Positions 30,250 to 42,394 of a DNA stretch of 64,000 bases are shown here, piece after piece. Below the pieces are notes generated by a model. The model ran no database searches. It saw only the letters and a list, made by a program, of their open reading frames with translations, and was not told where the DNA came from. Source of the stretch: Nitrospirota bacterium (GTDB lineage: Bacteria > Nitrospirota > Nitrospiria > Nitrospirales > Nitrospiraceae); contig CAVPBK010000006.1 in assembly GCA_963701855.1 (NCBI GenBank), forward strand, positions 192,001 to 256,000, read 5' to 3'. The stretch's first letter is position 1. Each line of letters opens with the position of its first letter. The position numbers and the translations under genes are program-made.

Positions 30250-30896
30250 GGTAATTCTCCCAGGATGGTTTCCCCACCTTTGACCCGGTCGCCGACTGCA
30301 ACTCTTACAGCCGTCCCGATAGGAAGAAACGTATCCATTCGCGACCCAAATCGAATCAAACCGAACCGTTCACCGCATACAGCCCGATCTCCCGGCGAGA
30401 TCCAACAAACGATCCGTCTGGCAATCAACCCGGCCACCTGTACACACAGCACCCTCACACCCTGCGCTGTCCGAATCATCAGGGCGTTTTGCTCGTTCCT
30501 CAACGTTGCATCCGGCTTGCTGGCAACCAAAAACAAACCTGGTTGGTACTGCACATCCTCGATGACTCCTTCACAGGGCATCCGATTAATGTGCACATCG
30601 AATACATTCAAGAAGATGCTGATCCTGATACTACGATCCTTGATGAATCGGGGCTCGAACTCTTCCTCGATAGCGACGACCTTCCCGTCACCGGACGCCA
30701 CGACAAGACGCGAACCTTGAGGGATCACCCGGGATGGATTACGAAAGAACCAAGAGACAAAGAGCGTCAGGAGCGCCGCCCCAACCGCCACAACCATCCA
30801 ACCCAACCATCCTGCCAGTAGTGTAACGCCGGCAGCGGCCACGATGAAGGGAATTCCTTCTTTGGCAAACGGGATGCCGACGGCACGATCCGCCAC
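30246..30896 (-). CDS. psd: Phosphatidylserine decarboxylase proenzyme
   Basis: FFRNP, SIFL..FDVH.NR.P, AGLIARRI, FGSR cleavage motif. Confidence 0.95.
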   Translation of the reverse strand: MADRAVGIPFAKEGIPFIVAAAGVTLLAGWLGWMVVAVGAALLTLFVSWFFRNPSRVIPQGSRLVVASGDGKVVAIEEEFEPRFIKDRSIRISIFLNVFDVHINRMPCEGVIEDVQYQPGLFLVASKPDATLRNEQNALMIRTAQGVRVLCVQVAGLIARRIVCWISPGDRAVCGERFGLIRFGSRMDTFLPIGTAVRVAVGDRVKGGETILGELP

Positions 30897-30910
30897 AGAG
30901 TCCTCAATCT

Positions 30911-31987
<1,077 letters not shown>

Positions 31988-32506
31988 CTATTCGTGGGCA
32001 ATCTTCTTGGCCTGCACGTCCGTCGATCGAATCGACTCGCGGGCGACTGCAACCCGTCCGGTACGTGTGAGCTCTTTGATTCCGAGGGGCTGCAGCAGAT
32101 TGATGATCGCTTCGATTTTTCGAGGGTCTCCGGTCACCTCGATCGTGTACGTAGTCGGCGTGGAGTCGATGACGTTGGCCCGGAAAATATCGGCGATCCG
32201 CAACGCTTCCGCCCGATCTTCCGTCCGCGTATGCACCTTGATGAGCGCCGTCTCCCGCGAAACAAAATCGCTCTCGTTCAGATCCACAACCTTAATAACG
32301 TCGATCAATTTATTGAGCTGTTTCACGATCTGCTCGATGATCCGCTCGTCTCCGGATGTGACAATGGTCATCTGCGACATGGACGGATCAAGCGTCGGCG
32401 CCACCGAGAGACTTTCGATGTTGAATCCTCGACCGCTGAATAGGCCGGCGATGCGAGATAACGACCCAAACTTGTTCTCGACGGTTACAGAAATAATATG
32501 TTCCAT
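31988..32506 (-). CDS. ilvN: Acetolactate synthase small subunit
   Basis: ACT domain, [20 protein letters not shown]. Confidence 0.96.
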   Translation of the reverse strand: MEHIISVTVENKFGSLSRIAGLFSGRGFNIESLSVAPTLDPSMSQMTIVTSGDERIIEQIVKQLNKLIDVIKVVDLNESDFVSRETALIKVHTRTEDRAEALRIADIFRANVIDSTPTTYTIEVTGDPRKIEAIINLLQPLGIKELTRTGRVAVARESIRSTDVQAKKIAHE

Positions 32507-32532
32507 GCCCGCGCGACTCCTGCCATCGTCGA

Positions 32533-34308
32533 TTATGCCGTAAGGATCGTGTCTGAATCTTTCGAAGCCACTTGCCCAGCTCCAGGCTGCTTGTTTTTCA
32601 AAGCCGGAGGATCTTCCAAAATCATCTCATGGTTGCAGCCGCCCGCGGGAATCATGGGATAGACGTTTTCATACGGATACGTCGGCACATCGACAATAAC
32701 TGGTTTATTCACCGCGATTGCTTCCTTAAGGACGGCATCGATCTCAGATGGCTTGCTGGCCCTGAGCCCGATCGCTCCGTACGCCTCCGCCAACTTGACA
32801 AAGTCCGGCGTCGTCTCCAGATAACTCGAGGCATATCGTCCCTCGTAGAAGAGATCCTGCCATTGCCTGACCATCCCATGGAATCGGTTGTTCAAAATGA
32901 TGATCTTCACCGGCAGCTTATGCACCACCGCCGTTGCCATTTCTTGCATGTTCATCTGGATACTGCCATCGCCCGCGATGCAGAGAACTAACCGTCCTGG
33001 AAACGCCGCCTGCGCTCCCATGGCGGCGGGAAATCCGAACCCCATGGTCCCAAGGCCCCCCGAGGTTAGCCAGCGATTCGGCTTCGCCAGCTTAAAGTAT
33101 TGGGCAGCCCACATTTGGTGCTGCCCAACATCGGTCGACACGATCGGATCCCGATCTTTCGTGAGGTCATAAAGCCGACTGATGACATACTGCGGTTTGA
33201 TCGGCCCATCTGCCTCTTGTTGATATGCCAGAGGATTTGCCTGTTGCCATTCGCGAATCTGATTCCACCAGGGCTTTCGCAATTCCCGTTGATCGCCGTT
33301 CACCGTGGCACGAAGAATCTGAATCAACTCACGAAGCACCATCTTGCAGTCGCCGACAATCGGAATGTCGACATTGACATTCTTCCGTATCGAGGTCGGG
33401 TCTATATCGATGTGGATAACCTTGGCGTGGGGGCAAAACTCGGAGACCTTTCCAGTCACGCGATCGTCAAACCGCGCTCCGATGGCCACCACAAGATCGG
33501 AATAGTGCATGACCATATTCGCCCAATAAGTACCATGCATCCCCAACATGCCCATGGACTGGGGGTGTTCGCCGGGGAAGGCACCCAACCCCATTAACGT
33601 CATGTCGACCGGCATATGAGTCAGTTCAGCCAACTCCATCAATTCTTGCGACGCCCCCGAGAAGATGACACCGCCACCGACATACAGCACCGGCTTCTTT
33701 GCCTTCGTCATGGCCTCAGCCGCTTGCTTGATCTGCCACTTATTCCCTTCGTACACTGGATTGTAGCTACGGATAGAGATGGAACTCGGATAGACAAATT
33801 CCGCTTTCTCCATGGATACGTCTTTCGGAATATCCACCAGCACAGGGCCTGGACGCCCCGTTGTCGCAATGTAGAATGCCTCTTTGATTGTGATCGCCAG
33901 ATCTTTCACATCCTTCACCAGGAAGTTGTATTTGGTGCAGGGACGACTCAATCCCATGTTATCCGCTTCCTGGAACGCATCATTCCCAATCAGGCTGGTG
34001 GGAACTTGTCCACTAAAACAGACTAGGGGCACAGAGTCCATGTAGGCATCCGCCAACGCCGTGATGACGTTCGTCATGCCGGGTCCGGAGGTCACAAGAC
34101 ACACCCCAGCTTTACCCGTCGCCTTGGCATAACCTTCCGCCATGTGGCCCGCTCCCTGTTCATGGCGAGTCAGAACCACTTCAATATCCTTCTGCTGATG
34201 AAGCATGTCAAAAATCTTAAGAACGACACCACCAGGAAGCGCAAAAATCGTCTTTACGCCTTCCCGTTTGAGGCATTCGATGAGGATCTCAGCACCTGTG
34301 AGCTTCAT
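32533..34308 (-). CDS. ilvB: Acetolactate synthase large subunit
   Basis: RHEQGA, TSGPG, RFDDRV, VGQHQMW, GDGS ThDP motif. Confidence 0.97.
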   Translation of the reverse strand: MKLTGAEILIECLKREGVKTIFALPGGVVLKIFDMLHQQKDIEVVLTRHEQGAGHMAEGYAKATGKAGVCLVTSGPGMTNVITALADAYMDSVPLVCFSGQVPTSLIGNDAFQEADNMGLSRPCTKYNFLVKDVKDLAITIKEAFYIATTGRPGPVLVDIPKDVSMEKAEFVYPSSISIRSYNPVYEGNKWQIKQAAEAMTKAKKPVLYVGGGVIFSGASQELMELAELTHMPVDMTLMGLGAFPGEHPQSMGMLGMHGTYWANMVMHYSDLVVAIGARFDDRVTGKVSEFCPHAKVIHIDIDPTSIRKNVNVDIPIVGDCKMVLRELIQILRATVNGDQRELRKPWWNQIREWQQANPLAYQQEADGPIKPQYVISRLYDLTKDRDPIVSTDVGQHQMWAAQYFKLAKPNRWLTSGGLGTMGFGFPAAMGAQAAFPGRLVLCIAGDGSIQMNMQEMATAVVHKLPVKIIILNNRFHGMVRQWQDLFYEGRYASSYLETTPDFVKLAEAYGAIGLRASKPSEIDAVLKEAIAVNKPVIVDVPTYPYENVYPMIPAGGCNHEMILEDPPALKNKQPGAGQVASKDSDTILTA

Positions 34309-34589
34309 GACGGAACCTCCCTCCATACCACCGGTGAAAACCCGGCAGAGGAGTCAGCACAATCAAAGTAGGCTACGCTGCAGCTCGTCAAAGCTTAGAC
34401 GAGATATGACTCTCACGACTGTTCAGAACATTCTGAAAAATCAGGGAGAAATATAAATATGTGTGATCCTATCACCACGCGTTTCAACGCGTCAATAGTA
34501 GGGCCGGTCTGAGAACCTCCTTCCCTGACAGTCTGCCTTAGCACATGATATCTTCAGCACTCCAACTCATTTGCCTGGATCGCGCTTCC

Positions 34590-34898
34590 ATGAGCATGCC
34601 TATCCGTGTGACCATCCTGTCTCGTGAAAATTGCCATCTATGCGATGTCGTCTACCAAATTGCCACTCATCTTCAGTCGGAGCTACACATCGAAACAAGC
34701 AAGCTGCCTATCGACGGTGACAGTAGCCTGATGAAGCGCTATGGAATGAAGGTTCCCGTCGTTCTTCTCGATGAGATCGAGCACTTCGCAGGAATAGTGA
34801 CCGAAGAAGAACTACGTCGAGCGATAAAAAAAGCGCGGTGGAGAAGACCGATAAGCCGGATTCTGTCCCGCCTGGGATATGCTCTCAAGCGGGGGTGA
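34590..34898 (+). CDS. Glutaredoxin-like protein (DUF836-like)
   Basis: CHLC motif and YG..VPV; the 3' end overlaps rnpB antisense. Confidence 0.8.
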   Translation: MSMPIRVTILSRENCHLCDVVYQIATHLQSELHIETSKLPIDGDSSLMKRYGMKVPVVLLDEIEHFAGIVTEEELRRAIKKARWRRPISRILSRLGYALKRG

Positions 34899-35263
34899 TC
34901 ATTTCTCTGGGATTCGAGTTACCTCGAACCTCAAGCGACCTACCCGGAGACCTCGGCTGGGCCAGCCGGTCGCCGACCTCCCGAAGAAAGCCGGCAGGTA
35001 TCTCCCTATTTGGCCTTGCATCGGGCGACGCTTACCTTGCCGGTGATGTCGCCACCACTGCGGTGGGCTCTTACCCCACCGTTTCACCCTTACCTGAGCC
35101 ATGGTAACCGGATTGGAGTCCTGCAGCCTTGGCCATCGGCGGTCTGTTCTCTGTGGTGCTGGTGTCGGATCGCTCCGCCTGGGAATTACCCAGCGCCCTG
35201 CCCATGAAGTCCGGACTTTCCTCTCAGAGCGTTACCGCTCCAAGCGATCACCCAGTCTTCTCC
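34840..35263 (-). ncRNA. rnpB: RNase P RNA (type A)
   Basis: Minus strand GAGGAAAGUCCGG, GGUGAAACGGUGGGGUAAGAGCCCACC, ACAGAAUCCGGCUUAU; P1 pairing GGAGAAGAC/GUCUUCUCC. Confidence 0.97.
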
Positions 35264-35328
35264 CTCGCGCCAGACTACTATAGGATGGGATGTGCGCACT
35301 TTCAAGGACGCACCACGAATGCCTCGAC

Positions 35329-36207
35329 TTACTGCATGGGCGGCAACAACGCCGCAGGCACAGGCGACTTGGCCTGATAAATGACCATGGCCTCCGGCAT
35401 CAATTTTTCGAGCTGCTCAATCCTCGTTTCATGACCCGGATGGGTCGACAAGAACTTCGACGGCCCCTTACCACCGGACACCTGTTCCATTCGTTCCCAA
35501 AGATGAACTGACTCGCGCGGATCGTACCCCGCATCGGCTGCGAGCAAGATTCCGATATAGTCCGCTTCTGATTCATGCTTCCGGCTGAAGGGCAGCAGCA
35601 CACCAACCTGAACACCGGCTCCGAGGGCCGCCATCGCAGCCTGCCCTAACTTGGCATTGTCTCCCGCCGTTCCGGCAACCGTTCAAAGAACTTGGAACGT
35701 CACATTCGTAAGTTGGCCTTGGCTCATCCGCTCGGCACCGTGGCGAGCCAACGCATGGGTTACCTCATGCCCTAAAACCGCAGCCAACCCCGCCTCTGTC
35801 TTTGCAACCGAAAAAATCCCCGTATACACTGCGACCTTCCCCCCAGGAAGTGCAAATGCATTCATCGTCTTGTCATCTTTGATAACCGTCACTTCCCATT
35901 GAAATTGGTTTGCCACCTCAGCATATTTTGATCGTTTTGCTGCTTCGATGATGCGAGCAGCCACACGTCGGACCGGCTCAACTTCTCGCGGATCCTGCGG
36001 CTGGTGCATTTTCGGATCGTTTTTGACTTGACGATAAGCCTGCGCTCCCATCTGCATCTCTTGGTCGACCGATGTCATCAACAACTGCGACCGTCCCGTG
36101 TAAGGATTTGTCTCGCATCCGGATAGTCCTGCAAGACCAACCGCCATGACCAGCACTAATGCCGATTGCGAGGACTTCGTGAACTTGTCCATCACGCCCC
36201 CTCTCAT
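35329..36207 (-). pseudogene. M48 family metallopeptidase lipoprotein interrupted by an in-frame TGA
   Basis: NAFALPGG and HEVTH in the 5' part; SR..ESEAD..G and LSTHP in the 3' part; same frame, TGA at 35685-35683. Confidence 0.85.
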
Positions 36208-36311
36208 TTCAACGCTCGCTTCTTGAAATTTTCGACAAATTGACCGACCTGCGAAGCTCTGTTAGGTTACCCCCCTCATTCAGAATCATCTATCAGATGA
36301 GCTCCTAGCCT

Positions 36312-36974
36312 GTGACCAAAACAACAGAAATAATACGGGTGGAGCGAATTGGCATTGATGAGTCCGGCAAAGGAGACTATTTTGGACCTCTGGTCATCGC
36401 CGCTGTCTTCGTCGACGCTACCACCCAGAACGAATTGGCTCTCATGAATGTTCGGGACAGCAAGAAAATATCAGACAGCCGTATTCTTGAGATGGCACCC
36501 GACATTCGAATGCTGTGTCCCCATAGCATTATTGCAATTGGTCCACAACGATACAACGAACTGTACGCGAAGATCCGAAACTTGAATCGCCTGCTGGCCT
36601 GGGGCCATGCCAAGGCCCTAGAAACTCTGCTGGAAAAGGTCTCGTGCGGGCGGGCGATCGCGGATCAGTTCGGCGATGAACGGTTGATTCTGAATGCACT
36701 ACAGGAGAAGGGACGCACGATCGTATTGGAGCAACGGCATAAGGCCGAATCCGATCTGGCTGTGGCTGCCGCCTCGATCCTGGCCCGTGCGGAATTCCTC
36801 TTGCGATTGAAGCGTCTTTCGGATGAGATCGGCACAACATTGCCCAAAGGGGCGTCACCCGCCGTTGAACTGGCCGGACGCATGATCGTGAAAAAGCATG
36901 GAGAGGAACGACTGGGGTCTGTCGCCAAACTGCACTTCAAAACAACTCAGGCCGTGTTGGGGAAAATAGACTAA
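36312..36974 (+). CDS. rnhC: Ribonuclease HIII (catalytic domain only)
   Basis: GIDESGKGDYFGPL, DSKK, DQF, VAAASILAR, LPKGA, KLHFKT. Confidence 0.9.
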   Translation: MTKTTEIIRVERIGIDESGKGDYFGPLVIAAVFVDATTQNELALMNVRDSKKISDSRILEMAPDIRMLCPHSIIAIGPQRYNELYAKIRNLNRLLAWGHAKALETLLEKVSCGRAIADQFGDERLILNALQEKGRTIVLEQRHKAESDLAVAAASILARAEFLLRLKRLSDEIGTTLPKGASPAVELAGRMIVKKHGEERLGSVAKLHFKTTQAVLGKID

Positions 36975-37747
36975 ACCGACTCACCGATCTCAAGGATCGA
37001 CGTCTTATCGAGATCTGAGCGAGGCGTGGATTCGACAGAAATTTGCCCATCCCAGTAGAGCATCCGACGACAGTATGGGCAGGTGTGGAGATCTTGCGCG
37101 CGCTTGACTTCCGAAATCAGTTGCGGAGGAAGTTGCAGACGGCACCCGGAACAGTTCCCCTCTTTGATTTCAGCGAGCGCGTGATCCTTGCGTGAAGCTT
37201 TGATCGAGTTGTAGCGACTGAGCAACCCTTTCTCGATATGAACCGAATGAGCTTGCTGCCGTGCTTCAAGATCGGTCAGTTCCGTTGAGAGTGTGCGCTC
37301 CAGCTCATCGAGCGCCTGCTTTTCCTTCGTAAAGGTTTTTTCGATGGCCCTGAGCTTCTCTTGCGCTTCTTTTGCTGTCTGCTGTAGTCGTTCGACCTTC
37401 TCCATACACAGCAAAATCTTCTCCTCGATATCCCCTCTCTTCTTATTGGCGACCTCGATCTCGAACAGATGAGCTTGGTATTCCTTGTTGGATTTCAGCT
37501 CGGACAACCGTGATTTCATTTTCTCAGTGTGCGCTTCATGCGCTTCAAGATCCTGTTCGTGTGACCGTCGCTCTTTGATGAGAGTCTCCACTGAAGTACT
37601 GGTCTGTTGATGAAGCTGCCGGGCCTCTCGAAGCGGGGCGTCAACGGCTTGAAGCCGCTCTGGAATTTTTCGGCGTTGGTCCTTGATCTCCGCGATGCGG
37701 AGATCAAGCTTCTGCAGTTCGATAAGGGGGGAAAGATTCTGGTTCAA
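36971..37747 (-). CDS. Coiled-coil protein with C4 zinc ribbon (DUF164-like)
   Basis: LQ.LD start, long coiled coil, CSGC...CPYC; TTG start after AGGAG. Confidence 0.88.
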   Translation of the reverse strand: MNQNLSPLIELQKLDLRIAEIKDQRRKIPERLQAVDAPLREARQLHQQTSTSVETLIKERRSHEQDLEAHEAHTEKMKSRLSELKSNKEYQAHLFEIEVANKKRGDIEEKILLCMEKVERLQQTAKEAQEKLRAIEKTFTKEKQALDELERTLSTELTDLEARQQAHSVHIEKGLLSRYNSIKASRKDHALAEIKEGNCSGCRLQLPPQLISEVKRAQDLHTCPYCRRMLYWDGQISVESTPRSDLDKTSILEIGESV

Positions 37748-37807
37748 CGCACTCCTATTGCTGATTTTCCGAACAACGATCTCAAACGATGAGTTCCGCA
37801 GCTGCGC

Positions 37808-37884
37808 TGGTGGGCCCACTAGGACTTGAACCTAGGACCAGCTGATTATGAGTCAGCCGCTCTAACCACCTGAGCTATGGGCCC
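37808..37884 (-). tRNA. tRNA with CAT anticodon, probably tRNA-Ile2 (lysidine)
   Basis: GGGCCCATAGCTCAG...CTCATAA...GTTCAA...GGGCCCACCA; paired G1-C72 (not initiator); lies downstream of rpoD like E. coli ileX. Confidence 0.9.
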
Positions 37885-37989
37885 GATCAGGCGGATGACT
37901 CTCTCGTGCCTGCCTCGCAGGCACGAACAGCTGATTTTAGGCTGCCCAGAACGGGGAGTCAAATCCCAATGGGAACGCTCCATGGCGCA

Positions 37990-39831
37990 TCACAGACTTT
38001 CCACGAAACTGCGCAGTTTCTTGCTCCGGCTCGGATGACGCAGCTTGCGCAAAGCCTTGGCTTCGATCTGCCGGATACGTTCGCGGGTTACTTCGAAATC
38101 CTGACCGACTTCTTCGAGCGTATGGTCGGTGGCTTCGCCGATGCCAAACCGTTTCCGCAGAACCTTCTCTTCCCGTGGTGTGAGCGTTTCCAATGCGCTG
38201 TTGATCTGGCGCTGGAGATCGTACCGAATCGCCGCCTCTAGAGGAGACACCGCCTTCTTGTCCTCGATAAAGTCGCCCAGATGGCTGTCTTCTTCTTCGC
38301 CGATCGGGGTCTCTAGAGAAATCGGCTCGCGTGCGATTTTCAAAATCTTCCGCACTTTGTCGAGCGGCAGATCCATGCGCTCGGCAATTTCTTCCGGTGT
38401 CGGTTCGCGTCCGAGTTTCTGGACAAGATGGCGGGAAGTTCGGATCAGCTTGTTGATCGTTTCAATCATATGCACGGGGATACGGATCGTCCGGGCTTGA
38501 TCAGCGATCGCACGAGTAATCGCTTGGCGGATCCACCAGGTGGCATAGGTACTGAACTTGTAACCACGCTTGTACTCGAACTTATCGACGGCCTTCATCA
38601 GACCGATATTACCTTCCTGGATCAAATCGAGGAACTGGAGACCGCGGTTCGTATACTTCTTGGCGATACTGACGACGAGGCGAAGATTCGCCTCGACCAG
38701 CTCGGCTTTCCCGCGCTTGACTTTGTCCTCCGCCACATCCAGATGCTTGACCGCATCTTTAATCTCTTCCGCGGATACGAGGGCCTCTTCGGTCTCAAGT
38801 GTTCGAATCCGGCCCTTCGCTGCCTGATAGACCTTTTTTATATCGCTGAGCGCCTCCTCCGAGCAGCTCGTCTTGCGTTTGACAGCGAGGAAATCTTTCC
38901 GATCGCGGCAAAGCTTCTTGAGGGCTTCCGCACCTGCCTCACCGCTAATCCCAAGCCGTCGCTGACAACTCACAATCTCCCGCTCCGCCGTCCGGATCTG
39001 AATCGCCAACTCCCGCACACGCTGCACCATCCGATCCTTGAGCACGCCATGCAGATTGACGGACTCCATCTTCTCTACAACCTGATCGCGAATCGTATCG
39101 ATCTGCTTCTTGATCTTCTTCTGCTTCACAGGATCGCTGTTGGCATGCCGGGCCACTTCATAGAGACTCTTGAGCGAGGTCGAGATTTTTCGGACGGAAT
39201 TCAGCCCTTCGAGAGTCTTCACCCGGAGCTCTTCATAGTCCCGCTGGATTTGCTCTTCTTCGAACTCCTCTTCAGTCTCAACGATCGGGACGATCTCACG
39301 CACATCAATGGTCCCGTTCTTGAGCTGATCGTACAAGGCGAGAACAAACTCAATCGTCATCGGCATTCCATAGATGACCGAGGCGATATCCTTCTTCCCT
39401 TCTTCGATGCGTTTCGCGATCTCGATTTCGCCTTCACGACTTAACAGCGCCACACTTCCCATCTCTTTGAGATAGAGTCGGACCGGGTCGTCGGTCCGGC
39501 TAAGTGCGCCGGGAGTTAAATCAATCTCCTTCTCTTCCTTTTCCTCCTTCTCATTTTCCTCCCCGGAACCGGCAGCGGTTTCGACCTCAGCCTCCTCAGC
39601 GTCCTCATTTGAGTCTTCGCTGTCCCGGGCTTTCTTAATCCGTTCCCCCTCTGGCGCATCGACAATCTCGATGTCCATTTCGCCGAACATCGTCATGATG
39701 CTGCCGAACTGCTCTGAGGACACTACTTCCGCAGGTAACGTGCTATTCAGCTCGTCATACGTCAAAAAGCCCTTTTCTTTCCCCATGGAGATCAGCTTTT
39801 TCACTTCGCCGAGCAACTCTGGTTTCGCCAT
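37990..39831 (-). CDS. rpoD: Primary sigma factor
   Basis: [39 protein letters not shown]. Confidence 0.98.
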   Translation of the reverse strand: MAKPELLGEVKKLISMGKEKGFLTYDELNSTLPAEVVSSEQFGSIMTMFGEMDIEIVDAPEGERIKKARDSEDSNEDAEEAEVETAAGSGEENEKEEKEEKEIDLTPGALSRTDDPVRLYLKEMGSVALLSREGEIEIAKRIEEGKKDIASVIYGMPMTIEFVLALYDQLKNGTIDVREIVPIVETEEEFEEEQIQRDYEELRVKTLEGLNSVRKISTSLKSLYEVARHANSDPVKQKKIKKQIDTIRDQVVEKMESVNLHGVLKDRMVQRVRELAIQIRTAEREIVSCQRRLGISGEAGAEALKKLCRDRKDFLAVKRKTSCSEEALSDIKKVYQAAKGRIRTLETEEALVSAEEIKDAVKHLDVAEDKVKRGKAELVEANLRLVVSIAKKYTNRGLQFLDLIQEGNIGLMKAVDKFEYKRGYKFSTYATWWIRQAITRAIADQARTIRIPVHMIETINKLIRTSRHLVQKLGREPTPEEIAERMDLPLDKVRKILKIAREPISLETPIGEEEDSHLGDFIEDKKAVSPLEAAIRYDLQRQINSALETLTPREEKVLRKRFGIGEATDHTLEEVGQDFEVTRERIRQIEAKALRKLRHPSRSKKLRSFVESL

Positions 39832-39833
39832 GA

Positions 39834-41649
39834 CTACTCCTTCACTAAAGACAACATTCCGGTGGAGGACCGACCGGCCTTGTGCATTCGCAATTCATTC
39901 ACTTGGGCGTTCAACATCCGCGCATCCTCCAGACGGCCATCCCGTTCGGCGGCCTTGAGTCGTGCGATCAGATCACGAAACACGGCCTCGGTTCGCTTCC
40001 GATCCAACGTCTCTAAGCACCCCGTGATGTGAGCTCTCACGTCGTCAAAATGGTCTTCTCGCAGAGACAGCTCGGTCGCGAGCGACCCGCAATCCTGGTG
40101 ATCCACGACCGCATCCAACAATGATCTGAGCCCGACTCGGCCGTCTCGATCAAGGTGTTTCAGCGCCACTTCAACGAGAGACCGACAGGCCGGAACCGAG
40201 AAGGCCTCGGACTTCAGTCGTTGCACATCTGCAGGCGTCAGGTGCCCGTGCAGCAGCAAGTACACCAGATCCCGCTCTTCGCTCACACCCTTGAATGTCG
40301 CCGGCGGAAGGGTGGCCGATTGAGCGGACGCCGGTCGAACGTCCCTCCGACTGTACCAGCGCTGGATACCGTTCGATCAACCGTTGCTGGTTGACCCCCA
40401 GTCGTTCTGCAACCACGCGAATCCGTTCTTCTCGTTCGATCGGATGTTCGCTCTTTTGCAAAATCCGCAGCACATCGTCCACGCTGCGGATACGCCCTTC
40501 GATCGTACTGGACTCCGCTGTGCTCAAACTATGCTCAAGGGCAAAATCCAAGAGGCTCGGAGCCTGCTCTTCCAAACGCGCAAAGGCATTCGGCCCTTCC
40601 TTCCGCACATAAGTATCGGGATCCTCTCCGTCCGGCAGCGTAACGACTTTCACACCAATCCCACTGTTCACAAACAGATCGAGCCCTCGCAGTGCGGCAC
40701 GGACCCCGGCCTGATCCGGATCGAACAACAGCACGACCTTCGAAGCAAAGCGTCTCAACACCTGAATATGCTCTGCCGTCAGTGCGGTCCCCAGCGTCGC
40801 AACCGTATGGGTCAGCCCAGCTTGATGAAGTGCGACCGCATCGAAGTATCCTTCCACCACAATCACGGTCTTCAGCCGAGCCACCGCTTCACGCGCCAGA
40901 TCCAACGCATAAAGCGTCTGCCCTTTCTTGAACAAGGGAGTATCCGGTGAGTTCAGGTACTTCGGAGTCCCCTCACCAAGGATACGCCCGCCAAACCCGA
41001 CGACCCTCTTGCGCAAATCCGTGATAGGAAACATCACGCGGGCGCGAAAACGATCATAGGCCCCGGAGGCATGTTCGCGCATTACCGTCAATCCAGCGGC
41101 GGCCAAATCACTCTGTGTAAAACTCTGCTTGCTCAGCGCCTTAATGAGCCCGTCCCACTCAACCGGCGCACAACCGATTTCAAATCGCTCGATCGTCCCA
41201 GCCTGAATGCCCCGGCCAGCCAGATAGTCTCGTGCTGTCGCACCAGTTACCCCATCCCGTAAATTCTGTTGAAACCACGCTGTCACCGCCCTATTAAGCG
41301 GTTCAAGACAACTCGCCTGCGCCGCTTGTGGTCCCGCGCTCGGCCCGCTGTCCGGCACGTCAATCCCGAATTTCTGTCCGAGTTCACGGACTGTCTCAGG
41401 AAAATTCGCGCCAGTGATCCGCATCAAAAACGTAAACACGTTGCCGCCCGCGCCGCATCCGAAACAATGAAAAATCTGGCGGGAAGGACTGACCGTAAAG
41501 GAGGGCGATTTTTCCTGATGGAAGGGACAGAGCCCCTTCAGGTTCTGGCCGGCCCTGGTCAAGCTTACATGATGTCCGATCACCTCGGTGATATCGACCC
41601 GGTCCCTGACTTGATTGATCACGTCTTCAGAAATCAGACCTCGGCCCAC
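39834..41649 (-). CDS. dnaG: DNA primase, with an apparent frameshift at ~40290-40375
   Basis: CPFH/CFGC zinc finger, KYLNSP, VEGYFD, DPD; the C-terminal helical domain is in another frame and ends just before rpoD. Confidence 0.92.
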
Positions 41650-41770
41650 GGGAGTAGCGGCTCCTATTTCCCCACCTGGCACCGGCGAGAAAGGTAAACG
41701 TAAGTGGTCGTAAAATAGACCGATTAGGGTAACAGACGGAAAAGAAACCTGTCAATGTGCTGAAAAGGCA

Positions 41771-42053
41771 CTAGCAGGTTGAGGAAAACGATGGCGGCAC
41801 ACAGGAAATCCACTGGTCCACATGTCTGGGACAACGAGACGTGACTTCGCAGGAGGTTCAAAAAGTAGGACTTCTCACCCGCCCAAACCTGGCGACTATC
41901 ACCCGCCCGCCCCCGAGTCTGCCAAGACAGCTTTTTCGCCCAAGGACGCGCCTTTTCTCGAGCAAGGCCGCAATTCTGAGGCTGACCTTCGTTTCACAGA
42001 TCCTGGGAGCGAAGCGAGAACACCGCTGGTGGACTTTTTCAGCATCCTGCTAG
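41771..42053. repeat. MITE/REP-like palindromic element, copy 2
   Basis: CTAGCAGGTTGAGGAAAA ... TTTTTCAGCATCCTGCTAG; shares blocks with copy 1. Confidence 0.75.
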
Positions 42054-42394
42054 CCAGGAGGCCAGGAGAGATGGCGTCCGCCCAACACATGGAGATGAAG
42101 ATGGAATACACTCTGACCGCCATGAGCGCCGGTATTAACGACAAAGCGATACCCAGTATCGGCAATCCCCTTCTGTTTTGCGATCATATTGCCAGCCAAC
42201 ATCAGACGCCCGAGAAGTCCGACATCTGAATCTCGAAGCTCGGCAATCGAGGCCATATGTTTTCGGGGAATGACGAGCGTATGCGTCGGTGCCTGGGGGT
42301 TGATATCATCGAATGCTATTACCAAGTCGTCCTCGTAGACAAGTGCCGCTGGAATGGTCCTCGCGACGATTTTGCAAAAGAGGCATTCACTCAT
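42050..42394 (-). CDS. hinT: Histidine triad nucleotide-binding protein
   Basis: CLFCKI, DINPQAP.H, HLHLH; start overlaps the hisIE stop (ATGA). Confidence 0.93.
   Translation of the reverse strand: MSECLFCKIVARTIPAALVYEDDLVIAFDDINPQAPTHTLVIPRKHMASIAELRDSDVGLLGRLMLAGNMIAKQKGIADTGYRFVVNTGAHGGQSVFHLHLHVLGGRHLSWPPG

Noticed and set aside
29443..30896. psd-pssA inside the ilv-leu cluster as a novelty
   Set aside because: As I recall, this order also occurs in Deltaproteobacteria, so it is ordinary synteny.
35650..35685. Selenocysteine recoding of the TGA in the M48 peptidase
   Set aside because: The small GCCG-GAA-CGGC hairpin is too close to the UGA for a bacterial SECIS, and the site is a Gly/Ala linker rather than a Cys position.
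38428..39444. Long antisense ORFs (338 aa opposite rpoD; others opposite rho, hisD, murA, forA)
   Set aside because: They are shadow frames of GC-rich conserved genes with no recognisable motifs.
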